From: Takakia lepidozioides
Taxonomy: Eukaryota > Plantae > Bryophyta
NCBI GenBank assembly: GCA_030704615.1
Contig: CM060734.1
Span: 42,780,001 to 42,844,000, forward strand
DNA: 64,000 bases
Reading direction: 5' to 3'
A program made the position numbers and the translations under genes. This document shows positions 46,783 through 58,929 of this stretch, one piece after another. The notes beneath the pieces are model-generated. The model saw nothing but the letters and a program-made list of their open reading frames with translations, was not told the origin of the DNA and did not search any database. The stretch's first letter is position 1; each line of letters begins with the position of its first letter.

Positions 46783-49700
46783 TCAATCAGTGTAAGCCAT
46801 AATGGAATCATCTAGATAGTCCCGGGGGCTTGGTGACGCATCCCCTCTCCGTCCTTGTGGATCAATCTGAGCTTGCCGGGATCCTTCTAGCATTCGCCGA
46901 TATTGAACACGAGCCTGATGCGAGCGCACCATTGACTGTACGCGAGTGACTGCCTTATCTAAAGCTTCTTCTGTCTTTTTCCTCTCTGCTTTGAGGAAGT
47001 CTTCATCATTGTCTTTATCAGGTAGAGTGAGCTCCCCGCTCTTGAAACCCCGTAGCCCAGTCCCTTTCCGGCGCCACCGCAATACTGCCTTCTCCAGTAT
47101 GCCCACTGACCATAGAAGCCTCCTGAAACGCTTACGAACCAATTTCCCCCGTACATGAGCCTGAATCCGAACAACATGCTGCCGAAAAGTGAGGAAGTCT
47201 CTGCGGCCCTTCCAGCCCCGGAACTTGCGCTGGATGCGGGTGGCAGCCAAGTGCTGCTTTTTTTCATTGTGTACTACCTTTTGCATTTTGTGGGAAGACA
47301 GCATTGCACGCACCTGACACTCTGACATGCCATACTCATCAAACTGCTGTGATGCCAATGAATCTTCCTCACGCCGTCGAAATGAATGCTGCCGAAAAGC
47401 CGCCTGGATTAGAGCTGCAGCTTGTGCAGCGTTTCGGACTGCTTGGAGTGAATCCTGAAGGAAGGTTTGGTCCTCCATCCCCGTCACACTTCGTTGGATG
47501 CTTGCACGCCGCGACAACTTGGCCACGGCCTGATCACCCGCCAGCTGTGATGTAAAAACATCCATGTCATTGACAACTGCCCTGTCTGTGAGGCTCATGG
47601 ATGAAAGGCGGCTTGTCAAAGTCATTTCTGCTAAGTACCCTGCAATGCCTGCATGCTGATTGATAGCAGCTAAATCTGCAGGAGTTTGCCCTGCTGGATA
47701 CTTCGGACTTGGATCTGTCACTGGTCCTGGATCTGCTCCAGCTTTTAAAAGTGCTATTATAACCTGTTCCCTGGCACAAGCCGCTGCCCAGTGAAGTGCA
47801 GTCCAGCCTGATTTATCCCGAAAGTTGATAGGTATTCCTGCTGCCACAAGAGGGCCGACTGCCCAGTCATACCCAAGAGCTGCAACCATGTGAAACACTC
47901 CCTGCCCCTGCCCATCAAGGATATTAGGTCCTTTCCCTTCCTCCTGAACTTTACAAAGAAGCCAATTCTGCATCCGGTACTTCAGCAACATTTGAACCAA
48001 CTGCTCTTGAAACTCTAGTGGCCACTGATCCCCATGCTGCTTTGCAAGTATTTCTTCAAGTGATGCCCAATCATCATCATAGTGTATAGCATCTAGTGAG
48101 TAATCACCGTTTACTCCTTTGATAGAGCCATCCATGCCAGGATTCTGATCCTTGACCTCTGCAAGTAGCATGCGGGTTAGGCGGATCTTCAGCATCATCT
48201 CTTCCTCTGTTTGCAGCCCTGCTTTTGAATCAGCTAAGGGGTGTACAACATCCCCAGAAGTGCCCCCTCTGCCAGTCCGATACTCAAACTCACGGACTTC
48301 ACTGTGAGCTTGCCGGTCCCCACAAGTGATGTAGAAGGAAACCCTTCCAGGTGCATGGGCTGGAGCTTTGCATCTTAACACACCCCCTTCTATCACTTCC
48401 GCAGGAACTTCAACCTCACCAAACATACAGCACCACTTGTTAAAGGACGGGTTCCTGATATTCTCTAGAAACGTGCCTACTATGAGAATCTTAGTCTCTT
48501 CAGATGAAAAGGCCCACTCCGGTGAAAAGTCCACAATACTAAAGCGCTGGTCTTGTGAAAGAGAAGGGCTCAGTCCTGCCTCCACTTGCATGTGCTGTGA
48601 TAAACTGGACATGTCCTCAACAGTCCCTTGGTCCTCAATTGTGGAACCCCAGTATGATCCAGATTGCAGGGTTCCAGAGATAAGAGAGCTATGAGTGTCT
48701 CCCCCTATCTCTCTGCTCATCCACCGTCCAAAGCTGTCCAACTTTGAGAGGCTTTCGAGCTCAGAGTTCTTGAAACTGCCAAGTTTTGAAAAGTGATCCA
48801 GCTCTGAGGGCTTGCCATCCCAGTGGGCATCTGTGTGTTGAGCATCCAGGCTTATGGCAGGAAACCGTTTTTGTTGGGCCTCAGCAGCAGCCTTCAGAGC
48901 CTTTTCTTCCGTCACTGCCCGTAAGCTTGCTTCAAGCGCAGATTGAGGTTCCCGCCCTAGACCCCTGGGAGATAATGCCTCCATTATACCTTTTGGAGAG
49001 GGGATTCCGGAAACCAAGGGCAAGTCTGCGTTAACAGGAGGTTCAGTATATGCATCAGTTTCTGCTCGAGTACTTGGCATGATTGACTCTAAGAGATTTT
49101 GACGTGTTGCCGGTGTGGTGCATTGCTCAAGCATGTCCGCCCAGATCGAACCATTCATACTCTCCTGTTTTACATACTGCGCCACCCCACTTGGAACTCC
49201 AAAGGATGGTTGATTTTTCCGACTGTTCTCCAGTCGCTCATTCCAGGCTGCGATGTCAAAAGTGCCTGTTTGGTTAACTGGACGGTGAGCCCCTGAAAAG
49301 GTCTCAGACTTCCCCAGCAGTTCAGAAAAGGTGACAGTCCCCAATGTTGACCCGCTAACGCTGGTGCCTGGGTAGTCCAGCGGAAGCTGACTGTTTCCAC
49401 TCCCCTGTGCGGACATGGAACCTGGGTGATTGTTCAGAGACTGCCCAAAGTAAGTTGATGGCCTTGGCGGAGGATAAAGGCCTCCTGGATTTAACAGTTT
49501 TTCAAACTCCCCAAGGCCTGAAGTCCCCATTAAAGCTGAGGTCCAGGATGAGGACGTACTTCTGGGGTCCAACGTTGGCTGCGGTTGCCAACTATTTGAA
49601 GTCGGCGAGACACTTCTGGGATCCAGCGCCGCTGGCCGAGGTGTGGAAATCTGCTCCAGTAACGAAGGCTGTTGGCCAGCTTCCAGTATCGAGAAGTCGT

Positions 49701-50277
49701 CGTGTTCATCTCCATCTAATAAATCTGTCTCGTCGTGATCAATTTCAGGGGACATAGATGGGCCCGTCACTTCCGGCGGACTAGCAGCATACACAGGAGG
49801 GGCAGAGTGATGAGAGTCGGAGGATACTGTAAGGCGGTTTCCCTCTGTCACTTCTCGGTAATGAACAAGAACAATATGCTCCAAGTTAGGATCAAGCATC
49901 CAGTAACACCGGCGCTGGAAATTTACATTATCCTCACCATGTGCATAATAGCAGTGCAACACATCCACGCTACCCGTCTTCAACCGCTCGTGGGCCTCAC
50001 GCACAGTTTTCCCGTCCTTCTTCTTCCGCCAGTTATGACCATCCTTTCTAAAATACCGCAAAGTCTTCCTATCAAACAGGAACATGGAACCACTTGGTGG
50101 CCGACTAGGTGGAACCGGGTTGAGCTTAAATCCATACTGACTATAGTTTTTCAGAATCTCGCACACCTCCACAGGCTTTAACCACCGCGTCTGTGCTTCA
50201 GCAATAATTTGTACCACGTCCACTTCAGGATGCTGCGGTAGAGACCGCAGACGCCTATTGTCAGACATGCTTGTCAT
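46783..50277 (-). CDS. CAMTA: Calmodulin-binding transcription activator (CG-1, TIG, ankyrin, IQ/CaMBD), single coding exon
   Basis: Uninterrupted ORF of ~1164 aa from ATG 50277. CG-1: EAQTRWLKPVEVCEIL...FRKDGHNWRKKKDGKTVREAHERLK. TIG: FSIVDFSPEWAFS. ANK: GWTALHWAA. IQ motifs: IQAAFRQH, IQRKFRGWKGR, IQAHVRG. CaMBD: WSVGILEKAVLRWRRKG. Confidence 0.97.
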   Translation of the reverse strand: MTSMSDNRRLRSLPQHPEVDVVQIIAEAQTRWLKPVEVCEILKNYSQYGFKLNPVPPSRPPSGSMFLFDRKTLRYFRKDGHNWRKKKDGKTVREAHERLKTGSVDVLHCYYAHGEDNVNFQRRCYWMLDPNLEHIVLVHYREVTEGNRLTVSSDSHHSAPPVYAASPPEVTGPSMSPEIDHDETDLLDGDEHDDFSILEAGQQPSLLEQISTPRPAALDPRSVSPTSNSWQPQPTLDPRSTSSSWTSALMGTSGLGEFEKLLNPGGLYPPPRPSTYFGQSLNNHPGSMSAQGSGNSQLPLDYPGTSVSGSTLGTVTFSELLGKSETFSGAHRPVNQTGTFDIAAWNERLENSRKNQPSFGVPSGVAQYVKQESMNGSIWADMLEQCTTPATRQNLLESIMPSTRAETDAYTEPPVNADLPLVSGIPSPKGIMEALSPRGLGREPQSALEASLRAVTEEKALKAAAEAQQKRFPAISLDAQHTDAHWDGKPSELDHFSKLGSFKNSELESLSKLDSFGRWMSREIGGDTHSSLISGTLQSGSYWGSTIEDQGTVEDMSSLSQHMQVEAGLSPSLSQDQRFSIVDFSPEWAFSSEETKILIVGTFLENIRNPSFNKWCCMFGEVEVPAEVIEGGVLRCKAPAHAPGRVSFYITCGDRQAHSEVREFEYRTGRGGTSGDVVHPLADSKAGLQTEEEMMLKIRLTRMLLAEVKDQNPGMDGSIKGVNGDYSLDAIHYDDDWASLEEILAKQHGDQWPLEFQEQLVQMLLKYRMQNWLLCKVQEEGKGPNILDGQGQGVFHMVAALGYDWAVGPLVAAGIPINFRDKSGWTALHWAAACAREQVIIALLKAGADPGPVTDPSPKYPAGQTPADLAAINQHAGIAGYLAEMTLTSRLSSMSLTDRAVVNDMDVFTSQLAGDQAVAKLSRRASIQRSVTGMEDQTFLQDSLQAVRNAAQAAALIQAAFRQHSFRRREEDSLASQQFDEYGMSECQVRAMLSSHKMQKVVHNEKKQHLAATRIQRKFRGWKGRRDFLTFRQHVVRIQAHVRGKLVRKRFRRLLWSVGILEKAVLRWRRKGTGLRGFKSGELTLPDKDNDEDFLKAERKKTEEALDKAVTRVQSMVRSHQARVQYRRMLEGSRQAQIDPQGRRGDASPSPRDYLDDSIMAYTD

Positions 50278-52199
50278 TTCGCCAGCTCTGCACCAACTCG
50301 TCACTAGCACAAACAAGGAACAATGTCTTCTCTAGCTCTCTTACCCCTATGATTCTCCTTCACTTGTATCCTACACCCATTTACAACAGAGACGACCCTA
50401 GCAGGTGAGAGAGAAACTGCAACAGCAGCAGGACTTTGCTGCCTAGCTCAACATTCTGCTGCCGGACAAGACAAAATCTTTGCGTCTATTTACAAAGCCT
50501 GGGCTCCCATCCTACGAGCTTCTGGAAATGGGAGAGGATTTTCTGTGTGAGAGGGGAAAGAAAAAGCTAAAGAGTACACACACACAGGCACCAACCCTCT
50601 ACACCTTCACAAACTGTCACCAATCTGCAAGCTTTCGAGTGCTCTCCGAGTCCTCACCCTGGACAGCTTCTGGACTTGCTTCAAAGGCAATGGTTTGGGG
50701 GTTTGAGGGTGAGAGATGGAGAGGATGGAGAGTCTCGAGAGGTGCAGGACATGTGCAGAATGCGGGGGAGAAAGCGGCGATGAGACAGCGGAGAAAGAAA
50801 GAGCAGGAACGTTCTGAGAAAGTGAAGCGCCCCACGCAGCCCCTATACTGGCGCGCTACGGCAACGTAGTGGCAGCGGATCCATATAGGCTCCCTCGGCA
50901 GCCCCTATGTCGGTGCCCAGCTATATCAAGCAACCATCTCGTTGCCGTCCGATCCTTTCCGAGGATTTATCCTGGCCGTCCGGTTTATGCCGCCGAAATA
51001 GGAAGGGTTTGACCGTGGAACTTGAAAGCGATCATGTGGACTACGCCACTTCAATGACTTTTTTACTTTTTTCTTTTCATCTTTTTTTGGTGAAGGTCGA
51101 TGGAAGCAGCGTTTTTTTTTTCATTTAAGAACTTGAGCCACGTTGGCTCCTGGCTGGCCTATGAGGAAGATCAATTGGCACTCTGTGGCATGTGATCTCG
51201 AACAGGTGGCTATTGTCAAAAATGTTTGATGTAGTGTTTGGTTTGTGAAAGCGACAAGGGAGGTAATTCTTCCTAAGTAACAACGACACTGTGCATCCTG
51301 TATCCTGCAAAGCCTAGCACAACTCTGTCACATGGATACAATCCATTGACAAATATGACTAATCTTGTGCAAGATCAGCAACTCTGCTCAAAGCCTCATG
51401 TGCCAGTGCAAGAGACGGTGCAAGTATGCTTAAATGGAGGTGCATGACACGGATACTAGGTAGGTAAGCGAAAGCGGGAAGAGTTTTAACCCAAGGCTTT
51501 GCTCCTTGCGCTGGCAGGGTGGTAGGGTTTCTAGAAATCGATAGGCAAGATCATCCGGATCTAACAAACCCAAATGGCATGTGCTCTCCCTGTGCCAGAG
51601 TTGTACAAGCGGCGTCCTCATTGCAGCGACATGATGGCATTAGGGAGGGCAGTAATGTGAAACAGTGCCATATTTTAACCCATAATTCCTTTGTAAATTT
51701 CGTGAGGCCAATTTCTGGATCGAAAAGTGGCGAAATTTCGCGCATAAAAAAAACGCTGGATGGAAGGGCCGAGAATTTATTTAAAACATGCGAGGAAAAA
51801 ATAACCTCGGGAAAACAACCATGAGGATGAAAACCTAAAATCAAGAAGGGCTGCAGGAAGCTGAGGGAAGTAGGTTCCTGAGCTAAAGAGGAAATGAGGA
51901 GTTTTTCCTTTTATATTTTTTCCAAACAGCCTCAGTGGCATCATAAATCACCATTAATCTGTTTCCTTAAAATAATGCAAATAAAGTTAATCCAGGCCTT
52001 CACAGCGAGGTTACTGAGAGGTTATTTTCTCCTGTCTCTATTAAGGGGCCTGATTTGTGAGCTGTCGCTCCCAGGTGTTTCCCTTCTTTAAAAAAATATA
52101 TTTTAAAAAAAAATCCAGGGCTTCTATCCCCTGTTCACTGAAAAAAAACAAAAAAAAAAAACATATCACCATACTATTACCCTAGGTAATCGAATCCTT

Positions 52200-52722
52200 T
52201 CATTATTTTTATTTATTATTTATTTTTTATTCGTCCCACTGTGATACCAGGGAAGCACTCGTATTGCCAAAAATCTGAGATTTGGATACCATGGTGGTAT
52301 CAGTAATACATTATTGGTGTGGTATTTTACGGATATCAATAGCAAGAGTTTTGAAAAACCAAGGCATTATCAATGTGGTATCAATCGAACTCACTATATA
52401 TTCATATTAAAAGAGTTCTCATACTACAATAAAACAAAGTGCAATAAGCATGCTTTCTCATTGGATTTATTCCTCAAAGTATCCAGCTTCTTGTATTTTA
52501 TCTTCGTTTTGTATCTGATTTTTATCTTGCTTATTGAGAGAAGCATCCATATTATGCAGTGCCAACGATGATTCTCATATCTAGGTTTTCCTCACAAAAA
52601 TGGATATCCTAATGGTGTCAGATACCGCTAGGGATTGGCGTGAGGTGATATCAGACTTGTCTGGTACTTATACCAGTATATATATTCCAACTAGTTCTTA
52701 TAGGTATATCAGTCCAACATTG
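52200..52722 (-). mobile_element. Remnant of a related hAT element end
   Basis: GGTATATCAGTCCAACATTG (~52703-52721) matches the reverse complement of the 42359 left end; GGTAT/ATACC repeats upstream. Confidence 0.45.
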
Positions 52723-53659
52723 GACGAAACCTCCTATTGATTTGTTTTTTATTTCTTATATTGGCTCTTTCAAAAATAAAATACATTCCCTAAATTGTTA
52801 TTTTATTCTATTCTATTAATTTTAATAATATAGTATATATGCATTCATCCTAGTAGTATTCAATATTAGGCTTAAGTTCGATTTTATCTTTGCTTTCACT
52901 CTTGTGTCAGTTACCTTTAGCATTTTCGGCTGAACGATATTTTGTGGTCATTTTGAGGAAAATCGAACCCAAGATCAGTTTCGTTATTCACCGAAGCACT
53001 AATATTGGTTGGTGCATTACTATCCACGTTTTTGCCACATTCCAAAAGAGGGAGAAGCGGCCAACAACGACTACTAAAAGTTTCTAGAGCCAAATAAGAA
53101 GATCACAAGACCGGAAGCTAAAAGTACCATTTGGTCAGTATCAACTTAAGAGTTGACAGAAAGATAATGTCAGATAGCAACCGAGTTATGAAAATCAAAT
53201 GAGAATAGGCTCATTCTGATAGCATGTGAAGGTAGTGATAAAAAACGATCTTACAATTTTGATGAATTAGTTCAACTAAGAGTAGCCGAGGCGATACAAG
53301 GGCGCAGCATCGTGCCTCTCGTCAAGAATTGAAAGAAGTTCTAGAACGCTCAAAATGGGAATCATCTCATACTACGAATTTAATAGAAGAAGAAGAATCT
53401 TCTACAAGTCTAAAGACAGTTAGTAATATGGATGACTACATTGAAATTGAAGTTGAAGGAGTAAAAAACCAATTCGAGAGTTATAAACATTTAGCTAAGA
53501 TAACCATAAAGAGCAATCTATTATTTACCGACGATGAGCAAAATAGAGAAAATGTATTCAAGCCTCATAGCTTTCTGAATTCTTCAGAAGAAAAAATGTT
53601 AAAACAGCGGAGCTTTGGCTATTTTCAGTCGAGCAATATGCGCTTGCAAAGAGGAGATG

Positions 53660-54325
53660 GTCTCTTCTAGGTCAACCTTTTACAAATGTTTTGCAGCAGA
53701 TTGGTGGCTAGACAAGACAATGCATTGGAAGAAGCATCCTGACGAGCGGATTGCAACTTAGGAAGCATTCCGAGCAATGGTTTTGACAGAGTTTACGTCC
53801 ATGAATGAGGCTTCAAAAATCAGAAAACAATAGTACATTATCAAACAAACTAGATTTTGTACAAGACTACATCTCTGAATATAGAACTATTAGTTCGGCC
53901 TAAAAGACTCTAAGGAGGTGGACCACATAAAACGCTTTGTTTATGGCTTAAAACCGTACTTCAAAAGAGAAGTAGAAAAACAAAAACCAACAAGTCTCGA
54001 CGATGCATACAAAATGAACGATTGTTTGGAAATCCTCGATAATCCTGTTTTGATGGAAAATAGAAATAAATCTCACATTTTTGTCCGAAAATATCAAGAA
54101 TAAGAAAGAGGTGGAAATTATGGCAAAATGACAAGCATCGGCGGCTTAAAAACAAGGTGGACTACCACATCTAGGTCCTGATCACAAAGAGGTGATTGAA
54201 CTAGATACACAAATGTCAAAGTTCAATAAGTGAAATCCCATTAAACATTTGGAAGAGAAAGGAAAAAAACCAAAATGATTTGCATGCAATGAATATGTTC
54301 ACATATCATATGATTGTCCTCATCT
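53660..54325 (+). mobile_element. Gypsy gag remnant
   Basis: DWW...EAFRAMVLTEF...DHIKRFVYGLKPYFKREVEKQKPTSLDDA and a degenerate zinc knuckle FACNEYVHISYDCP; stops and frameshifts. Confidence 0.75.
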
Positions 54326-55689
54326 AGTGGATATTTGATTTTTCTCGTATCTTTTGTTAGGGATGAGTATGTTTATTGCGCCCTGGCTGAAGTAACATTT
54401 ATATCTGTGCAGGAAAGTTATATCTTTTCTCTACTGCTAGTCTCATGTGCCTTAAACTGTTGGTAAAAACGTACAGCTTTTCGGTTTGTGGTTTTCTTTC
54501 TTGGCAGGCCCTAAAAGAAATGTCAGTCGAGAACAGTCAAGTAGCAAAGAAATCTATGAGAAGAAGTTGTCAAGAGTACTAGTGGTACTTCATTTGCGAG
54601 GATATATGTTGGATAAGATAGAATCATTCTTAATTGATAGTAACAATTTCTTGTCTAAAAAGATAATCAAGAAGTTGGTGGTTCAAACTGAGATATTAAG
54701 AGGCTTGGAAGCTAAATACAAGAGCCAGGAGGAGAAGGCTTCACGCTGAGAGGGAGTTGCTTATGAAGGAACGAGCTGGCCTCGTGGATTTGGAGAACAT
54801 TCTGCATCACAATAACGTGGTTATTTTTGCGGAACTCTATGACTTGAAGAAACCTTTGCAGAGGCAAGCGACAGCACAAGGGTCACAAAGGTTGGAGAGA
54901 AGATAGAAACAGGCTTCAATTTGGTTAATGATAGACTTGATAAGGTGACTGACATATGAAAATATAATCAACAATTGGTAGTAATCAATGGGGTACTAAC
55001 CTATCACAAAGCAACGTGCGTTGTCGCTAGTGGAATCCTCCTCATACGCATGACAAGCAGTCGCCTTCACATTCTTGCCCATATTTGAAATCGTTTGGGT
55101 AGGCTCAAAATTGACTCCTAAGAACCATGTGTGTGAAACCCTTGCGGCTAGGATACTATGAATTGTTCACTGTGAATTGAATGAACGTGCAGGGGTAGAG
55201 ATGTCGTGGAAGAAGATCAAAACAACACACATCTTTCGATGAGGTGGCCAGGAGTATTTATGCAAAAGCTTGGCATCAACATTCATTCCGCACCGAACTC
55301 TTTCTATTGTGGGATCTTGTGGAGGCTGCATTTGACAAGTTTCACATTGCGATCATACCGAAAGATGGCTTTTTCACTTGTCATGTGAGTTCTTTACAAG
55401 TGACTTTTGCATCTCTTTAATATTGCTAAATGCATTCTAATCTTATATGTTATCTTGTTCAGGTGCTGTATCCGAAAATCAACATTTGATGATAGATAGT
55501 AGTTCAACACAAATATCAAGTGTGACTTGGGACGATGTTGACACCAATGATCTCCTATTTCTGAACGTTTTTCATCCAACAGAACGACTATGTGCATTTC
55601 ATGCCTCGTTGGCTATATCATATAGTGTGGATAATGGCTGGTTCATAGAAGATGATACTCCTAGTGTTTCCTATGACGCTTTTGGATCC

Positions 55690-55895
55690 CCAAATTACGA
55701 CAAAGGCTCTAAACGATCGGTCATTCTAAATGCATCGTCGAGACTTGTTGGTTCTTGTTTTCTACTTCTTTTTTGAAGTAGGGTTTTAAGTCATAAACGA
55801 AGCGTATTATGCGGTCCACCTCCACAAAGTCTTTTAGGTTGAGCATAATAGTTATATATTCAGGAATATAGTCTCTTTGTTTCATATTATACAAA
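55690..55895 (-). mobile_element. Second Gypsy gag remnant (inverted paralog)
   Basis: DYIPEYITIMLNLKDFVEVDRIIRFVYDLKPYFKKEVENK is homologous to 53860-54000 and is truncated by the element starting at 55897. Confidence 0.7.
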
Positions 55896-55896
55896 C

Positions 55897-57800
55897 CAGG
55901 GTTGCACATGTCAGTGACGTCACGTTACGTCGGACCTGACGCTGACGCGACCAACGTCGCGTCAGTTTTGCCGAAAAATCAGTAAAACATGAGTGAGGTG
56001 AAAAACATGCTACGTAGGTGGACACGCTGTATTCCAAGCGACACCTTGGCAAGTGAATGAAATATTTTATAAATTACTCCATCCGCCAGTATTTGAGGTC
56101 ATTTTTAAATCATTATTGTTAAATTGGTGCGACCTCCAAATGTTGGTGGTCGCATAATTTATCTTTTTTTTAATAGTTGCGACCACCAGCAGAGGGGTTG
56201 TCGCAGCATTTTTGTTTTTTAAAAATAGATGCGACCACCGCTACTGATGGTCGCACAATTTTTATTTTTTTTGTAATAGGTGCGATCACCATCAGGGGGA
56301 TGGTCGCAACATTTTTTTGTTTTTTAATATCTGCGACCACCAGCATAGGGGTGGTCGCAGCAATTTTCCGTTTTTTAATATCTGTGACCACGAGCATGAG
56401 GATGGTCGCAACATTTTTTTTTTAAAAAAATAGATGCGATAACCAGCAGGGGGGTGGTCGCAACAATTTTTTGTTTTTTAATATCTGCGGCCACCAGCAT
56501 CAGCGTGATCGCAGCAAAAAATTTTTTTTTAATAGGTGCGACCATCAGCATCGGGTGGTTGCAGCATTTGTTAATTAATTTAAATAACATGCGACTTCCT
56601 CGTGCGACTTGGAGCGGTCGCACCATTGGATTTTGATTCGTCGAGCGTGTGAGGCTTGGAGGCTGGAGGGTATATAAGGTGGTCACAATGCCCCTCACTT
56701 CTTTTGTGGCAAACACTTTTGTGGCGAGTGAATGTTCTTTATTCTTTGAGCAAGAGTGTAGCCCAAGAGGAGGGTACAGACTGTTTGCTGTTGTGGCATC
56801 CACCAGAGCCACTGCAGCAAATTGTCGAAAAGCACAATACTACATGGTGCATTGATCCACTTGGATTGATGCCGTAATGTTGGGCCATCGCATTCTGTTC
56901 TACTTTCTATTGCTCTTGACAAATCTACCAAATACACTAGTGTTCTTCGTTCAACCTTAAGTCTGTGGTTAGGGTTTTGGGTGTGAGGATAAGGGAGAAG
57001 TGGATCCCTTGGTTCACCGTAGACCCGCACAAAAATGACGGTGTTTAATGCAATCTTTGTGCATTGAAGCTGGCGGATCGCAAAGATCGCATGTTATATC
57101 ACCTCGGCTACAGAGATGGGAAGAATGCAGGGATTAGTTTGTGCCCAAAAGCTTCCATGCGAGTGAATGCCCACTTTGCCCAATGTGGAGGCAATATCCC
57201 ACCGTCTCTTGATGTGGCCGCAGCTTCTGAGCCAAACACTCCATGTTCGAATCAAAATGTCCCTCAGAGTTGTACCCAGGGGGATTCTTGCAAGGCGTCT
57301 ACTGTTCGTAGAGAAGCCGGTGGATCAGGAGCAACACCCGATTGTACGCCAACACTTATACGGACCAGACCAATCAGGCAACAATCAATGCAAGAAGGCT
57401 TAAATTTGTCGCACATGAGGACTCTGGATAAGAAGTGGGCCCACATACACACCTCCGAGTTATCACGATCTCGGCACATGATTGCTAGAAGAGGCTATGT
57501 CTGACCTCACCCAAAGGTGAATGAAAAGATAGGTGATTCTCTCCGGAAATATGTTAGCACTATATGTGCGGACGGTTGGAGTTCTGTAACTAATCGACCA
57601 CTGTTCAATATCATGCTGGTCTGTCCTGCGGGGGAACAATTTTTTGGATCCGTTGACACAAGCGGGGAGAGAAAATATGCACGTTATCAAGCAAGGTTGT
57701 TGACGAGTTTCATCGATAAAATTGGAGCTGATAAAATTGTCCAAGTGTGCACGGACAATGCATGATGTTTCTTCTGCTGCGGGGCTTCTACAAGTCGAAC
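55897..57800 (+). mobile_element. hAT element left end and transposase fragments (DUF659-type)
   Basis: CAGGGTTGCAC terminus at 55897; DRMLYHLGY...ISLCPK (BED-like) and STICADGWSSVTNRPLFNIML...FIDKIGADKIVQVCTDNA (catalytic DGW and TDNA). Confidence 0.7.
56127..56622. repeat. Array of hairpin repeats TGCGACCACC-N6-9-GGTGGTCGCA, period ~51 bp
   Basis: About 10 copies separated by A/T tracts; loops mostly AGCAGGGG-like. Confidence 0.85.
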
Positions 57801-58028
57801 CATCAGATGACGACGACCGGCCATTGTCGTTTCATCTGTCATCCGCATGTGAACCGTGCTCCCTCGACCCTCGCTGGTCCATCTCATGCCCCTTCCTCTC
57901 ATGTCGGCCCCTCTGATGTATGTGCGAGTAGTCTTCCTCATACGAGACCTGCTCCAATGACACCACGAAATCCGGTACAAGCCCAGAAACGGCAGAGAAT
58001 TGTGCACATATTTAAATAAAAACAATTG

Positions 58029-58522
58029 TGCGACCACCAATAGCGGTCGTCGCAACTGTTAAAATAAAATTAAAATGCTGCAATCACCTCCCTGCTGGTA
58101 GTCGCACCTATTTACCAAAAAGAAAAATGGTCCAATTACCCCCCTACTGGTGGTCGCAGCTATTTAAAAATAGAAAATTTTGCGACCACCCCCTTGCTGG
58201 TGGTCGCCGCTAAAAAAAAATGGTGCGACCACCCTCCTGTTGGTGGTCGCACCTTTAAAAAAAAATGGTGCGACCACCCCCCTGCTGGTGGTCGCATCTA
58301 TTAAAGAAAAAGAAAATAGTGCGACCACCAGCAGGTAGTGGTCACACCTAGTTTTTTTAAACAAAATTGCTGCGACCACCCCCCTGCTGGTGGTCGCACC
58401 TATTAATATTTATAAAAAAATCTGCAACCACTTCTCTGTTGGTGGTCGCACATAATAAAGAAAAGAAAAAATTCTGCGACCACCCCCCTGCTGGCGGTCA
58501 CAGCTATTAGTAGCGTGCGTAG
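58029..58522. repeat. Inverted second array of the same hairpin repeats, ending in a CACTA-like terminus
   Basis: About 10 copies with loops mostly CCCCTGCT; the array ends gtgcgtagtc, close to the reverse complement of CACTACGCAC. Confidence 0.75.
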
Positions 58523-58929
58523 TCTTGATGACAGCGCGCGGCCCGAGTGTGGAAGGGGGGGCTTATAAGGCCTTTGAGGCCATTCTCTCCCTCACTTTTC
58601 TTCACATCAGGACTTGATGGGTGATGGGATGTTGCATTCATTATCATTGAGATCCGAGTGGAGAGGGGTGTTATTGGTTGGGTGGGGGGTATTTTTGGCC
58701 GTTGGTTTCCACGAAATCGATGCTAAGTACCTCCCAAGAAGCCCTCCTCTGGCACCCACGTTTTTTTCATTGCACATTGTGTCATATCACTTAGAACTGC
58801 GGAGGGAGTGACACGTGCCTCTAGTACTTGGGGAGGATTCATTAGGGAGTAGGATTAGGTACGATTTAGGAGGGTTGGGAAAGCATTTTTCTTAGTAAAC
58901 ACTTGTCGAGTAGGGGTAAGTCAGAGCCA

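Noticed and set aside
46946-50181. Plus-strand ORFs overlapping CAMTA, and similar antisense ORFs over the transposase and PPRs
   Set aside because: These are shadow ORFs of the real opposite-strand coding sequences and have no motifs.
56127-58510. CRISPR-like hairpin arrays
   Set aside because: Intervening sequences are similar A/T tracts rather than unique spacers, and the context is transposon subterminal repeat.
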